The notes: generated by a model not told the origin, from the letters alone. DNA of 64,000 nt from an uncultured virus (IMG/VR IMGVR_UViG_3300030107_007281) (IMGVR_UViG_3300030107_007281), one strand, 5' to 3'; positions 27,405-38,052 are shown, counted from the first letter of the stretch. Numbers and translations are program-made.

Positions 27405-30400
27405 TTAATATCTTCCAGACCAACCGGATCCTTCACCACCAGAGGGACCTTCACCCTCTGGTGGTTCATCTGCATCTATATTGGGCTTATCTGGTTCAAG
27501 GCCGCCGGGGCCCGATGGTGGCTTATCTTCTGGGACAGTGCCGCCGCCGGTATCATCATCCTCACCCTCATCATCATCGACTTCAGGCTCTGGGATAACC
27601 CCTGTGCCGGATGGCAATTCGGGTATATTTGTCGAACTTTCGGGCCCTGCTTCATCAGATATTTTATTATTATAATCAAAAATTCCCGATGGATCATCAA
27701 TTTTCATAAGAGCACCAAACTGATTTTCACAATCTTCGGGAGGGGCAGATATAATTCTTTGCTTAACTGACCACGGTATATTATAATCAATTGTCATGCC
27801 TGCAAAAGATTTTGCCAACAAGCTTTGTATTAAAAGAGACATCTCATCAACATTGTCTTCCTCGTCAGGTGGGTCAAAATCGTTTCTATTCCAATTTGAA
27901 ACAAATATTCTTCTTGCATTGTGTTTACTATCATTGAAAGAATTACCTCTGTCATCAGAATCGGGCAACTCTGGTGGGTCTGAAAACAACCCAAAAATAC
28001 CTTCAAGCTGTTCTTCTCGGCGTTCACCTTCGCCAAGCCCTATTGACGAAATAAAATTCTTATCAGAATAAATTGACATAATCGAGCCAACTTTTTTAAT
28101 ATTAAAAATTTTATTAAAAACAAGATCAAACTCTTTTGTATTTACTAAACCATCGATAAAACACTTTATATCTTGATTGAAGTCTTCTGATGCTTCTTTA
28201 AAAGAGGCCAGCTTATTATCAAGTATATCCTTTTCATAAGAAACAAGCGGTATAGATAATTTTATATATTTTGAAAAAGTCTTATCTTTCGATGATGTTA
28301 GTGTATCAGTGTCAGTATGTAAAAATGTTCTTTCTTTTAACGATAATTCTCTGAAAGTTTCCAGTGGAGCATCATACAACGAGATTTCAAAATCTTGAAC
28401 CGGCATATAGCAAATTCTAACTCCAAATTTTATCCCTATATCGCCATTGTAGCCTTTCTCTGAATTTGTTATTTCAGCATTACCGAACCAGTCTGAAATA
28501 TTTACATCTGGGGGGATGTCCTGTGTATTGAGAAATTCTATAAATTCATTGATATTTTGAACATCAGATGGCATTTCATTAGGTTTAGATTTTTCAGCAG
28601 AAGTTTTGTGTTTTTCTGATTCTTGTTCGAGTGGTGATTTTAACCCACGCTCAGTCATTTCATCTTGCATTCTAGTTCTTGGGGCACCCTTTGGTGTAAT
28701 TCTTAAATACTTTTCTAAATAAAAGCCACCGTGGCCAGCTATATGTGTTTTTTCATTTTGGCTAATCTTGTCCAACAATGTATGAACACCGTCCGATTTA
28801 GCACAGTGATTTATTGTGCCATAAAAATTATTTGATACCTCTGCGATATCTGGTAAACCGGAAACCTCACCGATTGGAACCTCCACATCATATAGACCTG
28901 CTCTAATATTATCTCCATAAAATGTTTTAGACGCACCTAAAAAGAATTTATTTATATCATAAATTAAAGGTCTCGGATTCATTTCGAGTGCTAATTTATC
29001 AGAATAATGTTCAACTTCTCTACGGATTAATCTTTTCAAAAATACTTTACACGCTTCTTCATTTTCTGCAATTGTGGCAACTTTGGCAGCAAAAGTCATT
29101 TGACTTTGCGTCCAAAAATAAAACCCGAAACCATGCATTATTGTTTTAGACGCGAAGGATCCGTCCTTTAATTTTCTTCCTTTTTTAAAAGTTGACTTTA
29201 TATCTTTTGTGTTGTTATCAATCAAATGACCACCAACGGCGGCGTATGCATATTCGGGGAGAAATGCCTGCCTTGCTTCTCTTAAAAATTCAGATACTGT
29301 TTCGGGTCTATCTTCATAATCAATCTCTAAAACCTTGCTTATTATCCGATAAAGTTGTTTGTCACCTCTGTCTGGTCTCTTATAATTGTTTTGTGCTTCA
29401 TTGATTTTTTCCATAGCAGCGTCAGCTTCAAGATCAGAAGGTATTTCGCCTGCGTTGAGGGCTCTTTTATATGATTGAGCACATTGTTCTAAAAATAATA
29501 ACCAATAAGTATACCCCTCATAAGTACCAAAGCGATTAAAGGCCCAAAAAGATGTTTGATTAGATAAGCCATCTTCCATTTTTTCAACAATATATTCATA
29601 TAATAATTCATCATAATTTTTGTTATTCAATGCCAAATTTGAATGAATACTAAAAGAATTTACCATGAATTCTGTTAAATAAATGCGAATAGTTGCCTTG
29701 ATTATAACTTCTAATGTCGCCAAGGTCGCAGGGGATGCAATTTTTTCAAACGGGATCTCAATAAGACAATCTGGTGATTCTTCTAATTTTTCATTTGGTG
29801 TTATTTTTTGTTCTATTTCGCCCACTTCTTTTTCCAAATTCTCCAACTCTAAAAAATCAGATGTCTTTTCATCGCACCCTGTGATATTCGGAATTACCAA
29901 TTTAGAAAAACCAACCCAACCAGCATCGTTTGATTCATTTATTTTGATCATTGGCAGTGTATATGAGCCTCCATATTTTACCGGATCGAGAAATTGTACT
30001 CTTGGATTATCAGTTAAACTTTTTCCAATCACTCCTTCCTCCTCTGGGAACGTATAAGAAGTGGCACCCGGAGTTGGATCTACATAGGTAAAATCATCGA
30101 TAGTAAGTATACTTTCTTTGCCACCATGTAAAAACCCATTTGATATATTGCCTGTTTCGTCTGACAACAGTGAGTTGGAAAAATTGTTAAATAATGTTTG
30201 ATTCACACTTTTTAAAATTTTATAACAATTTTTTTCATCAATAGACACTTCTTGTGTTTTAGTTATATTGTTTAAAATTTTCATAATATAATTTTTTAAA
30301 ACATGATTTCTATAACTATTGTAAGGTTTTTTTGGTTTTCTAATATCTGTATGATCAAATGTATCAATTCTGGATAAAAATGATATTTCACCATCAAGCG

Positions 30401-33400
30401 GCTCAAACTCGCTATAAAATGCTTTGTCTTCTTCTAACATTGGAATGTCAACAATAAATTTCTTGCTCTTTGGATCTCCATATTCATTAACATGATCACA
30501 ATAATAATAATTAAAATTATTATTATGAATTTCTACATTTGAAGTTGTAATCGGATATGTTTCAATAATACCTATTTCAGAAGTTAAACGCTCAGTATCT
30601 TCTTCCATATTATTATTGTATGAAAGAAATATTGAACTATCATTATATTTTCTTAAATGAGCAGCTTGTGTCCCAGCTAAAAACCGTTTCACAATTAATT
30701 GATCCCTCATATACAGGGCCACTGTGTCTGGGAACGGTGCCTTCCAGTCATATATTCCAATTCGCGCCAACAAATTAAAAAACGGCTCATTTCTTACTCT
30801 CATGTGTTGGGCATAATTGTATCCAACTATATCAGCACAAATCATTAATAAAATACCAACAGAGTCTGTACCAAAGAAATTTTCGAACATATTTTCTTCA
30901 ACAGTATCATCCAAAAAAGCTTTTTGTAACGGAGCAAACATTCCTTTTAACATTTTTTGTTTCAATTCTTCAACTTCTTTGGGGTCTTTTAACAAAGATT
31001 TATTAACTGCACAATCTGGATCGGGGGGAGATAATAAATCATCTATTGCATCTTGAAGAATCCCTTCGGGCCCTTTTGCAATAACCTCGGCTACTTGTGC
31101 CAAGTCTGATTTAATTTTATCCTTTTGTTTCGCAACAAATTCTTCGGCAATCCGTTTATCACCAATCTGATTTTCATAAACACCTGACAATTCTTCATAA
31201 TATTCTTCTGCTTCTTCGTTGGTCAAACAAATACTAGGATCAAGAGGAAATTGAGTTATAGGAGCAGCAGTGGTCTCTAATGCATATGCGCGTTGTTCTG
31301 GTGTAAAGAAATTTCCACAAGTAAGAAATAATTTATTCAAACCATCTGGTGTAAAAAGGTCGCCATATTCTGGGTGAACTATTCTTAATGTTTGTGAAAT
31401 GTTGACAATAAATTCTAAATCTGGATTTCCAGCCATACATTTTAAATAATCCGATTCGGATCCCAGTGTTGACATGGTTTGTATTACTTTTTGTATGTTT
31501 TCGGAACTATCAATAGCAGCACCGGAAAAGGCAAAAAGTTCTTTAAGATTGTCTTCTTTCGCTTCTTGATTATCTAATTGGTCAGTGCACAAAACCATAT
31601 CTATTAGTTCTATAAAGTCCTGCGCGTCTATTGGTTTCGGTGCCAACCCAAGACCTATTTTAGCACCTTCGCCGACAGATGCCAAGGATTTACAGATACC
31701 TGCGTTAACGAGTTGCAAAACTTTATAAATTAAAGCAGATATTATCTGAGAACCTGCTTTTTTAAGACCGAACATGAAAGAATCTGCAAAGGCATCCCAA
31801 AGACTCCAATCCAAAGGTAATTTTTTCAACTCAGGGAAACTAAAAGGTCGCGTTTTTCCTTTTCCGCAAGCACCCAACGTAAACGTTCCCATAAATTCAT
31901 CCATTGGGGGGCTAAAAAATGTATGAGATGGGCAATCAAAACCCTTCCAAATTTCTCCAAACACCTTGGAGCCGGGTAGATTATCCAAGCCTTTTGCAAT
32001 ATCTTGTATATCAGCACTTTCTAATATAGCTTCAACATATGCAGCATACACTTCTTTTTGTACATTGCCAACGAGGCGGCCATATGTCCCTTGTCGGACC
32101 TTATCTCCTTCTTTGACACTGGCAAACCACACCTTTTCTTTTTCTTGCTTGAGTATCTCTGCTTGTTCTTCTGGTGTTTTGTTCTTAAACCCAGCCGTAT
32201 TCGGATTTCTTTTAAGAGATTCTTTACCTGCTTTTTTAGCTTCCGTTAATATATTTTCCAGTTTTTCTATTTCTTCTTTTAAATCTTTTAGTCTCGCTGC
32301 TGTTTGTTGTTCAAATTGTTCTTTATTTGGTTGACGAGCAATATATCCTTTTAATTGTTCTTCGATCCTTTTGCGGTCGTCCTTCAACAACGTCTGATCG
32401 AAATCAAGTTCATCCCTTTCACTTTTTAACTCATCATATTCTATTTTTAAACGATCTTTTTTTTCTTTTAAACTTGAAAGGGCTTGATCGGCTTGTAAAT
32501 ATTCTAATGTTATACCAGTCAAATTAATATTAAATCTTTTAAGCTCATCGCGGGCGGCGGATATATCTCTTTCAACATCGGCACGTTCAGTCATTAATAT
32601 TTGCATGGACCTTTTTAGGTCATCTATTAATGTTTGTATGCTAGCGATCTCATCGGTAAGTTGTTCTATTCTAGCATTTGAATTCGTCTCAATGACACCA
32701 GTAGCTCTTTGTAGGTCCAGCCAATCTGTATCAAGAGCCATCTGTAGTTCATCTCTTTCAGCTATTAAGATTTTTAATTTCTCTTCTACTTCTTTTGCAG
32801 TATCAAAATTTACCTGATCTTGATTAATGTTTTCAAGTGCTTTTCTATCATATGCAGCTTCTTTATCACCGGGGTCATAGCCAACTTCCCAAGGTGCTGG
32901 AATGCTTCCGAATTCTTCATAAACTTTACTTCTTATTTCTTCCTGTTTGTCGGCGGGCAACCCTGATAAAATTACCTCTAAACCCTCAGAGGTCATATCG
33001 CCCAACATAGATTTAAAAACCGCTCTCATTCCTTCTTCGGCAGTTAGACCACCTAACAAACATTGGACTGCATCTAAAGTCACTTTTCTCCAATTGCATG
33101 GATTGACCATTGACATAAAATTGTCCCATGCGCTCCCATCAATTTCTGTATTGTAAAAATGTTCATACCACATTTTAGGTTTTTCATCGGGGTCTTCTAA
33201 CGACTTTATCAATTTACTTAATTCTTTTTGTTCTTCGGGAGTGGAACCAATAGTCACTGGTAGGTTTTTAGAAGTATCTTTTAATAATCGGCAATTATTT
33301 TTATTATATTGATATTGCCAACCCTCCCAAAAACTCATTGTAGCATCTAATAAAAAATCATCCAACCCTTCCAGTTCTTTATCAAGACACCCAAAGGCTG

Positions 33401-34790
33401 GTCTTAGATCTTGTCCATATGAAACGGTTAAAGCCGGTAATGTAAATTCAGTTAAAAAGTCAAGCCAAGGGGGGTTTTGTTTGGCATCGATTTGAGTTTT
33501 GATTGCTGCGTAATTAGCAATGTAAGTCATCAATGTTTGGTCATTCCAAGCAAGAGAGCGAAGGTTTTCATCAAGAGTAGGGACTCCTTCTTCTGGGCTG
33601 GGTGGTAGTTTTAATTCTGTTTCTTTACAGTGTGCAGGTTTTATTGTTATTGTGTCAGCGAGCGCATATGGTCTTTTTTCGTTTGATTTATCAAATTTCA
33701 ATTCTATTTCCAATACTTGATTATACGCTGGGTTACTAAAAGCACCATAAAGGCCCGAATAATAAGAATATCCCTTTTCGTTTATAAAAGAAGATAATTT
33801 ATTATTAAAATTTTCAAATTTACCTTCCATTAGGGAACAATAAAACGGCTCCGGTGTACTTTCAGTATCATCAGCATCGTAATGGTAAAGTTTTCCACCC
33901 TGTGTGTGGTTAAAATATGCTTGAAACTTTGAAAAAAGTTTAAAAATTGCTTCCATTTTGTCAACCCATGTGACAAACTCAGCAACATTAAATCTAACAG
34001 TTTCAATCTCTGTTCCGGGTGCTTGAATTTCCGGTGCTTGTGGGATTTGATCAAAAATATAGGCCGGAATAGAAACTAATACAGCCATAGCATTATCTGT
34101 TGTTCCAAAAAAATGATATTCAGTTGCTGATGCAAACAGTTCTAATGAATTATAATTATCTATTTTCAACGAATCTTCAATCAACTCGCTTGGGCCCGTT
34201 GTAGAGAACTCTTTGAATGTAACATCAGAATTAATTGAAGCATAATGAACGCGCTGCTGTACATATCTTGCAGCTTCCGCAGTAGAGAATATTGCACAAT
34301 CATTTCTAGCACAAATATATTCTTCTTTCATTTCTTTATCATAGTGCATCAATAAAGAACGAATACCGGGTTTTACAAAACTTCTTTTAATTAAGTCAAA
34401 CATCTCAGCGTTTGTTGTGCTCTCTTCTTCTTGGGTTTGTTGGGCCCCCTTGGCTGTCGGCTCTGTTGGTTGGGGCAATGCTGGATTCTGTGGCTGTCGC
34501 TTAGGAATACCAGACTCTGAAATCACCACTGTTGTATCTTGTGGAGGGTCAAAGATTCCTCTTAAATCAGAGAGACGATAACCTTCTCCGTTTTGGTTAA
34601 CAAAAACAGCAATTTGGTATTCACAAGTTTTTTCATTTAACCATGGCGTTTTTTGGGTCCACCAATCAGGTGCTATATAAGAGTCGTTGGGTATACAAGT
34701 AGGGCAAACCCTATCCAATGGACGCTCTTCTAATTCGACGCAGACGGAAGGGTCCATTTGTATATTAATAAATTTTGAATCGTTTGACAT
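27405..34790 (-). CDS. Giant hypothetical protein (2461 aa), helical with a long coiled coil; probable virion component
   Basis: Uninterrupted ORF between gp5-like and gp25-like genes; heptad-rich region at about 32200-32800; acidic Gly/Pro C-terminal tail. Confidence 0.6.
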   Translation of the reverse strand: MSNDSKFINIQMDPSVCVELEERPLDRVCPTCIPNDSYIAPDWWTQKTPWLNEKTCEYQIAVFVNQNGEGYRLSDLRGIFDPPQDTTVVISESGIPKRQPQNPALPQPTEPTAKGAQQTQEEESTTNAEMFDLIKRSFVKPGIRSLLMHYDKEMKEEYICARNDCAIFSTAEAARYVQQRVHYASINSDVTFKEFSTTGPSELIEDSLKIDNYNSLELFASATEYHFFGTTDNAMAVLVSIPAYIFDQIPQAPEIQAPGTEIETVRFNVAEFVTWVDKMEAIFKLFSKFQAYFNHTQGGKLYHYDADDTESTPEPFYCSLMEGKFENFNNKLSSFINEKGYSYYSGLYGAFSNPAYNQVLEIELKFDKSNEKRPYALADTITIKPAHCKETELKLPPSPEEGVPTLDENLRSLAWNDQTLMTYIANYAAIKTQIDAKQNPPWLDFLTEFTLPALTVSYGQDLRPAFGCLDKELEGLDDFLLDATMSFWEGWQYQYNKNNCRLLKDTSKNLPVTIGSTPEEQKELSKLIKSLEDPDEKPKMWYEHFYNTEIDGSAWDNFMSMVNPCNWRKVTLDAVQCLLGGLTAEEGMRAVFKSMLGDMTSEGLEVILSGLPADKQEEIRSKVYEEFGSIPAPWEVGYDPGDKEAAYDRKALENINQDQVNFDTAKEVEEKLKILIAERDELQMALDTDWLDLQRATGVIETNSNARIEQLTDEIASIQTLIDDLKRSMQILMTERADVERDISAARDELKRFNINLTGITLEYLQADQALSSLKEKKDRLKIEYDELKSERDELDFDQTLLKDDRKRIEEQLKGYIARQPNKEQFEQQTAARLKDLKEEIEKLENILTEAKKAGKESLKRNPNTAGFKNKTPEEQAEILKQEKEKVWFASVKEGDKVRQGTYGRLVGNVQKEVYAAYVEAILESADIQDIAKGLDNLPGSKVFGEIWKGFDCPSHTFFSPPMDEFMGTFTLGACGKGKTRPFSFPELKKLPLDWSLWDAFADSFMFGLKKAGSQIISALIYKVLQLVNAGICKSLASVGEGAKIGLGLAPKPIDAQDFIELIDMVLCTDQLDNQEAKEDNLKELFAFSGAAIDSSENIQKVIQTMSTLGSESDYLKCMAGNPDLEFIVNISQTLRIVHPEYGDLFTPDGLNKLFLTCGNFFTPEQRAYALETTAAPITQFPLDPSICLTNEEAEEYYEELSGVYENQIGDKRIAEEFVAKQKDKIKSDLAQVAEVIAKGPEGILQDAIDDLLSPPDPDCAVNKSLLKDPKEVEELKQKMLKGMFAPLQKAFLDDTVEENMFENFFGTDSVGILLMICADIVGYNYAQHMRVRNEPFFNLLARIGIYDWKAPFPDTVALYMRDQLIVKRFLAGTQAAHLRKYNDSSIFLSYNNNMEEDTERLTSEIGIIETYPITTSNVEIHNNNFNYYYCDHVNEYGDPKSKKFIVDIPMLEEDKAFYSEFEPLDGEISFLSRIDTFDHTDIRKPKKPYNSYRNHVLKNYIMKILNNITKTQEVSIDEKNCYKILKSVNQTLFNNFSNSLLSDETGNISNGFLHGGKESILTIDDFTYVDPTPGATSYTFPEEEGVIGKSLTDNPRVQFLDPVKYGGSYTLPMIKINESNDAGWVGFSKLVIPNITGCDEKTSDFLELENLEKEVGEIEQKITPNEKLEESPDCLIEIPFEKIASPATLATLEVIIKATIRIYLTEFMVNSFSIHSNLALNNKNYDELLYEYIVEKMEDGLSNQTSFWAFNRFGTYEGYTYWLLFLEQCAQSYKRALNAGEIPSDLEADAAMEKINEAQNNYKRPDRGDKQLYRIISKVLEIDYEDRPETVSEFLREARQAFLPEYAYAAVGGHLIDNNTKDIKSTFKKGRKLKDGSFASKTIMHGFGFYFWTQSQMTFAAKVATIAENEEACKVFLKRLIRREVEHYSDKLALEMNPRPLIYDINKFFLGASKTFYGDNIRAGLYDVEVPIGEVSGLPDIAEVSNNFYGTINHCAKSDGVHTLLDKISQNEKTHIAGHGGFYLEKYLRITPKGAPRTRMQDEMTERGLKSPLEQESEKHKTSAEKSKPNEMPSDVQNINEFIEFLNTQDIPPDVNISDWFGNAEITNSEKGYNGDIGIKFGVRICYMPVQDFEISLYDAPLETFRELSLKERTFLHTDTDTLTSSKDKTFSKYIKLSIPLVSYEKDILDNKLASFKEASEDFNQDIKCFIDGLVNTKEFDLVFNKIFNIKKVGSIMSIYSDKNFISSIGLGEGERREEQLEGIFGLFSDPPELPDSDDRGNSFNDSKHNARRIFVSNWNRNDFDPPDEEDNVDEMSLLIQSLLAKSFAGMTIDYNIPWSVKQRIISAPPEDCENQFGALMKIDDPSGIFDYNNKISDEAGPESSTNIPELPSGTGVIPEPEVDDDEGEDDDTGGGTVPEDKPPSGPGGLEPDKPNIDADEPPEGEGPSGGEGSGWSGRY

Positions 34791-34797
34791 TTTTAAC

Positions 34798-35739
34798 CTA
34801 TGTTGTAAACACTGTTTGACTTAAAATGGAATTTTTGCCTTTTAGACCAGCCTTATCTAATGAATTTATTTCATCCATTGTATCATTAATTTGTTTTGTG
34901 ACCATACGACTCATTGAATTAACATTTTGAATCGCAAATTTAACAGCCATAGGACCATAAGAACCCATTGTTAAACCGGCCAACACACTAGAATTTGAAG
35001 TTATTTGTGTTAATATTTTTTGAAGAATTACAAGTATTTGTTTATCGTTTACAGAACGATTTTCTAAATAAGAAACTAAACTTTTTCCCATAACAACGGG
35101 TTGTAAATTCTTTTCTCCTCGGCCATCTAGTGAAGCAATTAGTTCAATTTTTGGATTCACAATGGAAGAGTTGTCAGAACGGGGCTCGCCGCCAGAATCA
35201 AAGTTATCAGCCCTTGCTCCACCAGCATAAATTCTAACATTCTCTCGTCCAACTATTCTTGTACAATCGGATTTCATAATAACAGAAGACAAATTCAATG
35301 TATCAGCATTTCCTTTATATCCAACAGTGTATTCCATACCAAGATAATCATCAACTCTAAGAGTCTTTTGTGATATATAAACACGAGCAGCGTCGGCAAA
35401 AAAGTTTCTATCCATCTCATGTCTATCTAAATTTTTTTTTGGATCTTTTTCCAGTTCTTTATGGATCGTAGAAGACATACGCCCTGCTACTAAGTCTATC
35501 ATACCTGATTGGGTTTGTTTATTAGCACCACTAAAAATACCACTGGGACAGTCTCTTCCAAGCGTTATCAAAGAATTGTTCAAACCTTCTATGTTTTTTT
35601 CACACTCAGCCTTAGTTTTTGTAGGAATGGTTTCTGGTAGTCTTGTGCAGCCGACGCCTATAAGATTTTTTGATCCCATTTTTTGATGTCTTTTTATATA
35701 TTGTAAAACATCTGGATGTAAAAGTGTTGCTACTGTCAT
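34798..35739 (-). CDS. Putative baseplate hub/spike-related protein (gp5/VgrG C-terminal-like)
   Basis: Position after the lysin-bearing gene; DAARVYISQKT, VIMKSDCTRIVGRENVRI and QPVVMG beta-strand motifs. Confidence 0.45.
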   Translation of the reverse strand: MTVATLLHPDVLQYIKRHQKMGSKNLIGVGCTRLPETIPTKTKAECEKNIEGLNNSLITLGRDCPSGIFSGANKQTQSGMIDLVAGRMSSTIHKELEKDPKKNLDRHEMDRNFFADAARVYISQKTLRVDDYLGMEYTVGYKGNADTLNLSSVIMKSDCTRIVGRENVRIYAGGARADNFDSGGEPRSDNSSIVNPKIELIASLDGRGEKNLQPVVMGKSLVSYLENRSVNDKQILVILQKILTQITSNSSVLAGLTMGSYGPMAVKFAIQNVNSMSRMVTKQINDTMDEINSLDKAGLKGKNSILSQTVFTT

Positions 35740-35747
35740 AAATTACC

Positions 35748-37052
35748 TCAATTCACTGTGACGACTGGATTTTTAACTTCCCAGTGCCATGCTTCTGGGG
35801 TGCCGCCTTTCCCACGGTTTTTTGCAAATGGTGGATGATAAAAGCCATATTTTGGAGCATTAGCTTTGAGCCACTGGTATTCTATTGATTTAAATGCACG
35901 ATCTTCGTCTTTTGGAGCGGTATCGCCGGTTCTTTTAGAGTGAAACAAAATGCTAATATCAATTGCTTTCCCCCAACCATGGGGAGATTGTCCTGTTCTG
36001 GCTGAACGGCAAGGGCCTCCATAGGCCGACGTATGTGAATCACATCTTCCATCTTTAATGGCGGCGGCTCGTATATCCCTTTGACCACGAAAAGATCTAA
36101 AACCGCCGCATTGTAATTTCTGTCCAAACTTATTGACCCATGCCTTAGCTAGGCCATTAAAGTTTGCACCTTTCATACCCGGCTTCCATAAAGGATTTAA
36201 ATAATCTTTAATTAAATAACCCAAACTATCAGATGCTTGCCAGTAGTCTGTGTCTGGGAGGGCCAAAATGGTTGCCCCATGTGTGGGAAACCCATTCATA
36301 ACTTTGGTTCCCTTGGTAAGACCTGAGATTTTTTCATCTCCATTATAAACACCTGTTGCGGGGGTGACGCCTTTGGGCACTTTATCTACTTTTAGATATC
36401 TTGCGGCAGCTTGTTGATCTGTTTCGCCTGATTTTTTTGGTATTTTGCCGCTGCCTTTTTTCAATTTAAAGCTATCGGAAAGAGTAACACCAACGAAATC
36501 TAAACCAATCAAATCTGGTCTGTAATCTATTGGAACAGATTCAAAAGTCATATTGTCCAAAACATTGGGACCGTTGCCGGGTATTGCTCTTACAACATCG
36601 CCAGCCTTTAATTTTACACCACCACTTTCATTAAAAACAAAATCCCTATTAACGGCCACCGGGTGGCCTCTGGCTATTCTTACTTGTTCCTCTTTACTAA
36701 ACCCCTTGGGATTCGGCAATGTATTATTCCAAAGGGGTCTAATATACACTTGATAATAATTTGCTACAAGATCATCGGGAGGAGTACCATCATCAGTTTC
36801 TTTATATACATATTCAGCACTGTATCTAATACCTTGGGTTAACCCAGACCCGTCATCGTTTATTTTGGCAGCTTCTTTAATTCTCAATACAACAGCTAAA
36901 AATCCACCATCGACATGTTTAATTGCATTGAAAAACTCATTTTCAATAACCTTTGAAATGTTTTCTCTTGAAAGGCTGTCATGAACATAATCAAAAGAAG
37001 ATGCTTGTTGATTTTGAGTTATATTTGGCGTTCCAATACTTTTTCTAGCCAT
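35748..37052 (-). CDS. Tail-associated peptidoglycan hydrolase with C-terminal M15 (VanY-like) metallopeptidase
   Basis: GGFRS, SPHGWGKAID (SxHxxGxAxD) and EAWHW (ExxH) motifs; the N-terminal region may be a gp5-type OB-fold. Confidence 0.8.
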   Translation of the reverse strand: MARKSIGTPNITQNQQASSFDYVHDSLSRENISKVIENEFFNAIKHVDGGFLAVVLRIKEAAKINDDGSGLTQGIRYSAEYVYKETDDGTPPDDLVANYYQVYIRPLWNNTLPNPKGFSKEEQVRIARGHPVAVNRDFVFNESGGVKLKAGDVVRAIPGNGPNVLDNMTFESVPIDYRPDLIGLDFVGVTLSDSFKLKKGSGKIPKKSGETDQQAAARYLKVDKVPKGVTPATGVYNGDEKISGLTKGTKVMNGFPTHGATILALPDTDYWQASDSLGYLIKDYLNPLWKPGMKGANFNGLAKAWVNKFGQKLQCGGFRSFRGQRDIRAAAIKDGRCDSHTSAYGGPCRSARTGQSPHGWGKAIDISILFHSKRTGDTAPKDEDRAFKSIEYQWLKANAPKYGFYHPPFAKNRGKGGTPEAWHWEVKNPVVTVN

Positions 37053-37344
37053 TTTGTTTTTCCTCTTCTTTGGAGATCATTTCATAGATACCATCCATAT
37101 CGGCAGCAGTAAGTCTATCAGTGCCTTCTTTTTTCGCCATTAAATTAACAACCTTCACCAACTGTTCATTTGACCTTTGTAGGGTCTCAACATATTTTGA
37201 TAAAGTTATACCAATCTCTCTGTGTCTAGATTCATCTTTCGCAAGCCACTTTATAGCATCGTCAAGAAGTTCTTTTGTAACTTCGCGATCTTTCCTAATG
37301 TTATTTATTGCTTCATCTAAATATGTGTCTACTTTTTTCGCCAT
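37045..37344 (-). CDS. Hypothetical helical protein
   Basis: 99-aa ORF directly after the ACTAATTA motif, coupled to the next gene. Confidence 0.65.
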   Translation of the reverse strand: MAKKVDTYLDEAINNIRKDREVTKELLDDAIKWLAKDESRHREIGITLSKYVETLQRSNEQLVKVVNLMAKKEGTDRLTAADMDGIYEMISKEEEKQNG

Positions 37345-37352
37345 AGTAAAAC

Positions 37353-37360
37353 TAATTAGT
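37353..37360 (-). promoter_or_regulatory. Putative late promoter core ACTAATTA (within palindrome ACTAATTAGT)
   Basis: In the 21-nt gap between the sigma-factor gene and the structural module. Confidence 0.5.
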
Positions 37361-37365
37361 TTCCT

Positions 37366-38052
37366 CTAAATTTTACCATCGTCCCAGTCTTTCTTGAAAA
37401 GAAAATATCGTTTTCGCAACTTATTCAATTGTGAAACAATCTGTTTTGTATTGAGACCAGTAAGCTCTCTTAAATATAGATACACAGCTTTTTTATTAAA
37501 AATTTCTATATCATCAACGGAATTAAGAATAGTTCTAACAGCGTTATAAACCTTCCTTTCACTCTCTTTCATATCGTTGGAATCCCAACATTCTATTTCT
37601 TCCCACAAAGATCTCCAAAAATCTCTAAACTCTTGCTCGGCTGGGAATGGATTGTGAGTGATAATCTTTTCTTCATCAACCTGCTTTAAAGCATCTTCAT
37701 AATCAACCTCTCGTTTTGCTCGCTTGGTTGTTTGTTTTACCTTATGGATGAACCAATTCTTTGTAATAACAGAAAAATAGGAGAAAGCTTTTGATCCACG
37801 ATTTGGATCATATTTTGAAAGGATGGTGGTTAACCATATCTTGCATTCATCTCTTAATTCATCTATATTGGGAAGAGTTGTAAATTTATATGTATAGACA
37901 ATCTTATCGACCATCTCATCAAAAGCTGGTTGTATCCAATCTACATATAATTTAGTCCTTATTGCATTATCGGTTGTATTACAATATTTAATTATTGCTT
38001 CTTCGTGTACCTGCGTAAAATACATTCTCTTCGTTTTTTTGCGTCTCGCCAT
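37366..38052 (-). CDS. Phage late-transcription sigma factor (T4 gp55-like)
   Basis: MYFTQVHEEAII...DELRDECKIWL...KYDPNRGSKAFSYFSVITKNWF is a sigma region 2 signature of the gp55 type. Confidence 0.75.
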   Translation of the reverse strand: MARRKKTKRMYFTQVHEEAIIKYCNTTDNAIRTKLYVDWIQPAFDEMVDKIVYTYKFTTLPNIDELRDECKIWLTTILSKYDPNRGSKAFSYFSVITKNWFIHKVKQTTKRAKREVDYEDALKQVDEEKIITHNPFPAEQEFRDFWRSLWEEIECWDSNDMKESERKVYNAVRTILNSVDDIEIFNKKAVYLYLRELTGLNTKQIVSQLNKLRKRYFLFKKDWDDGKI

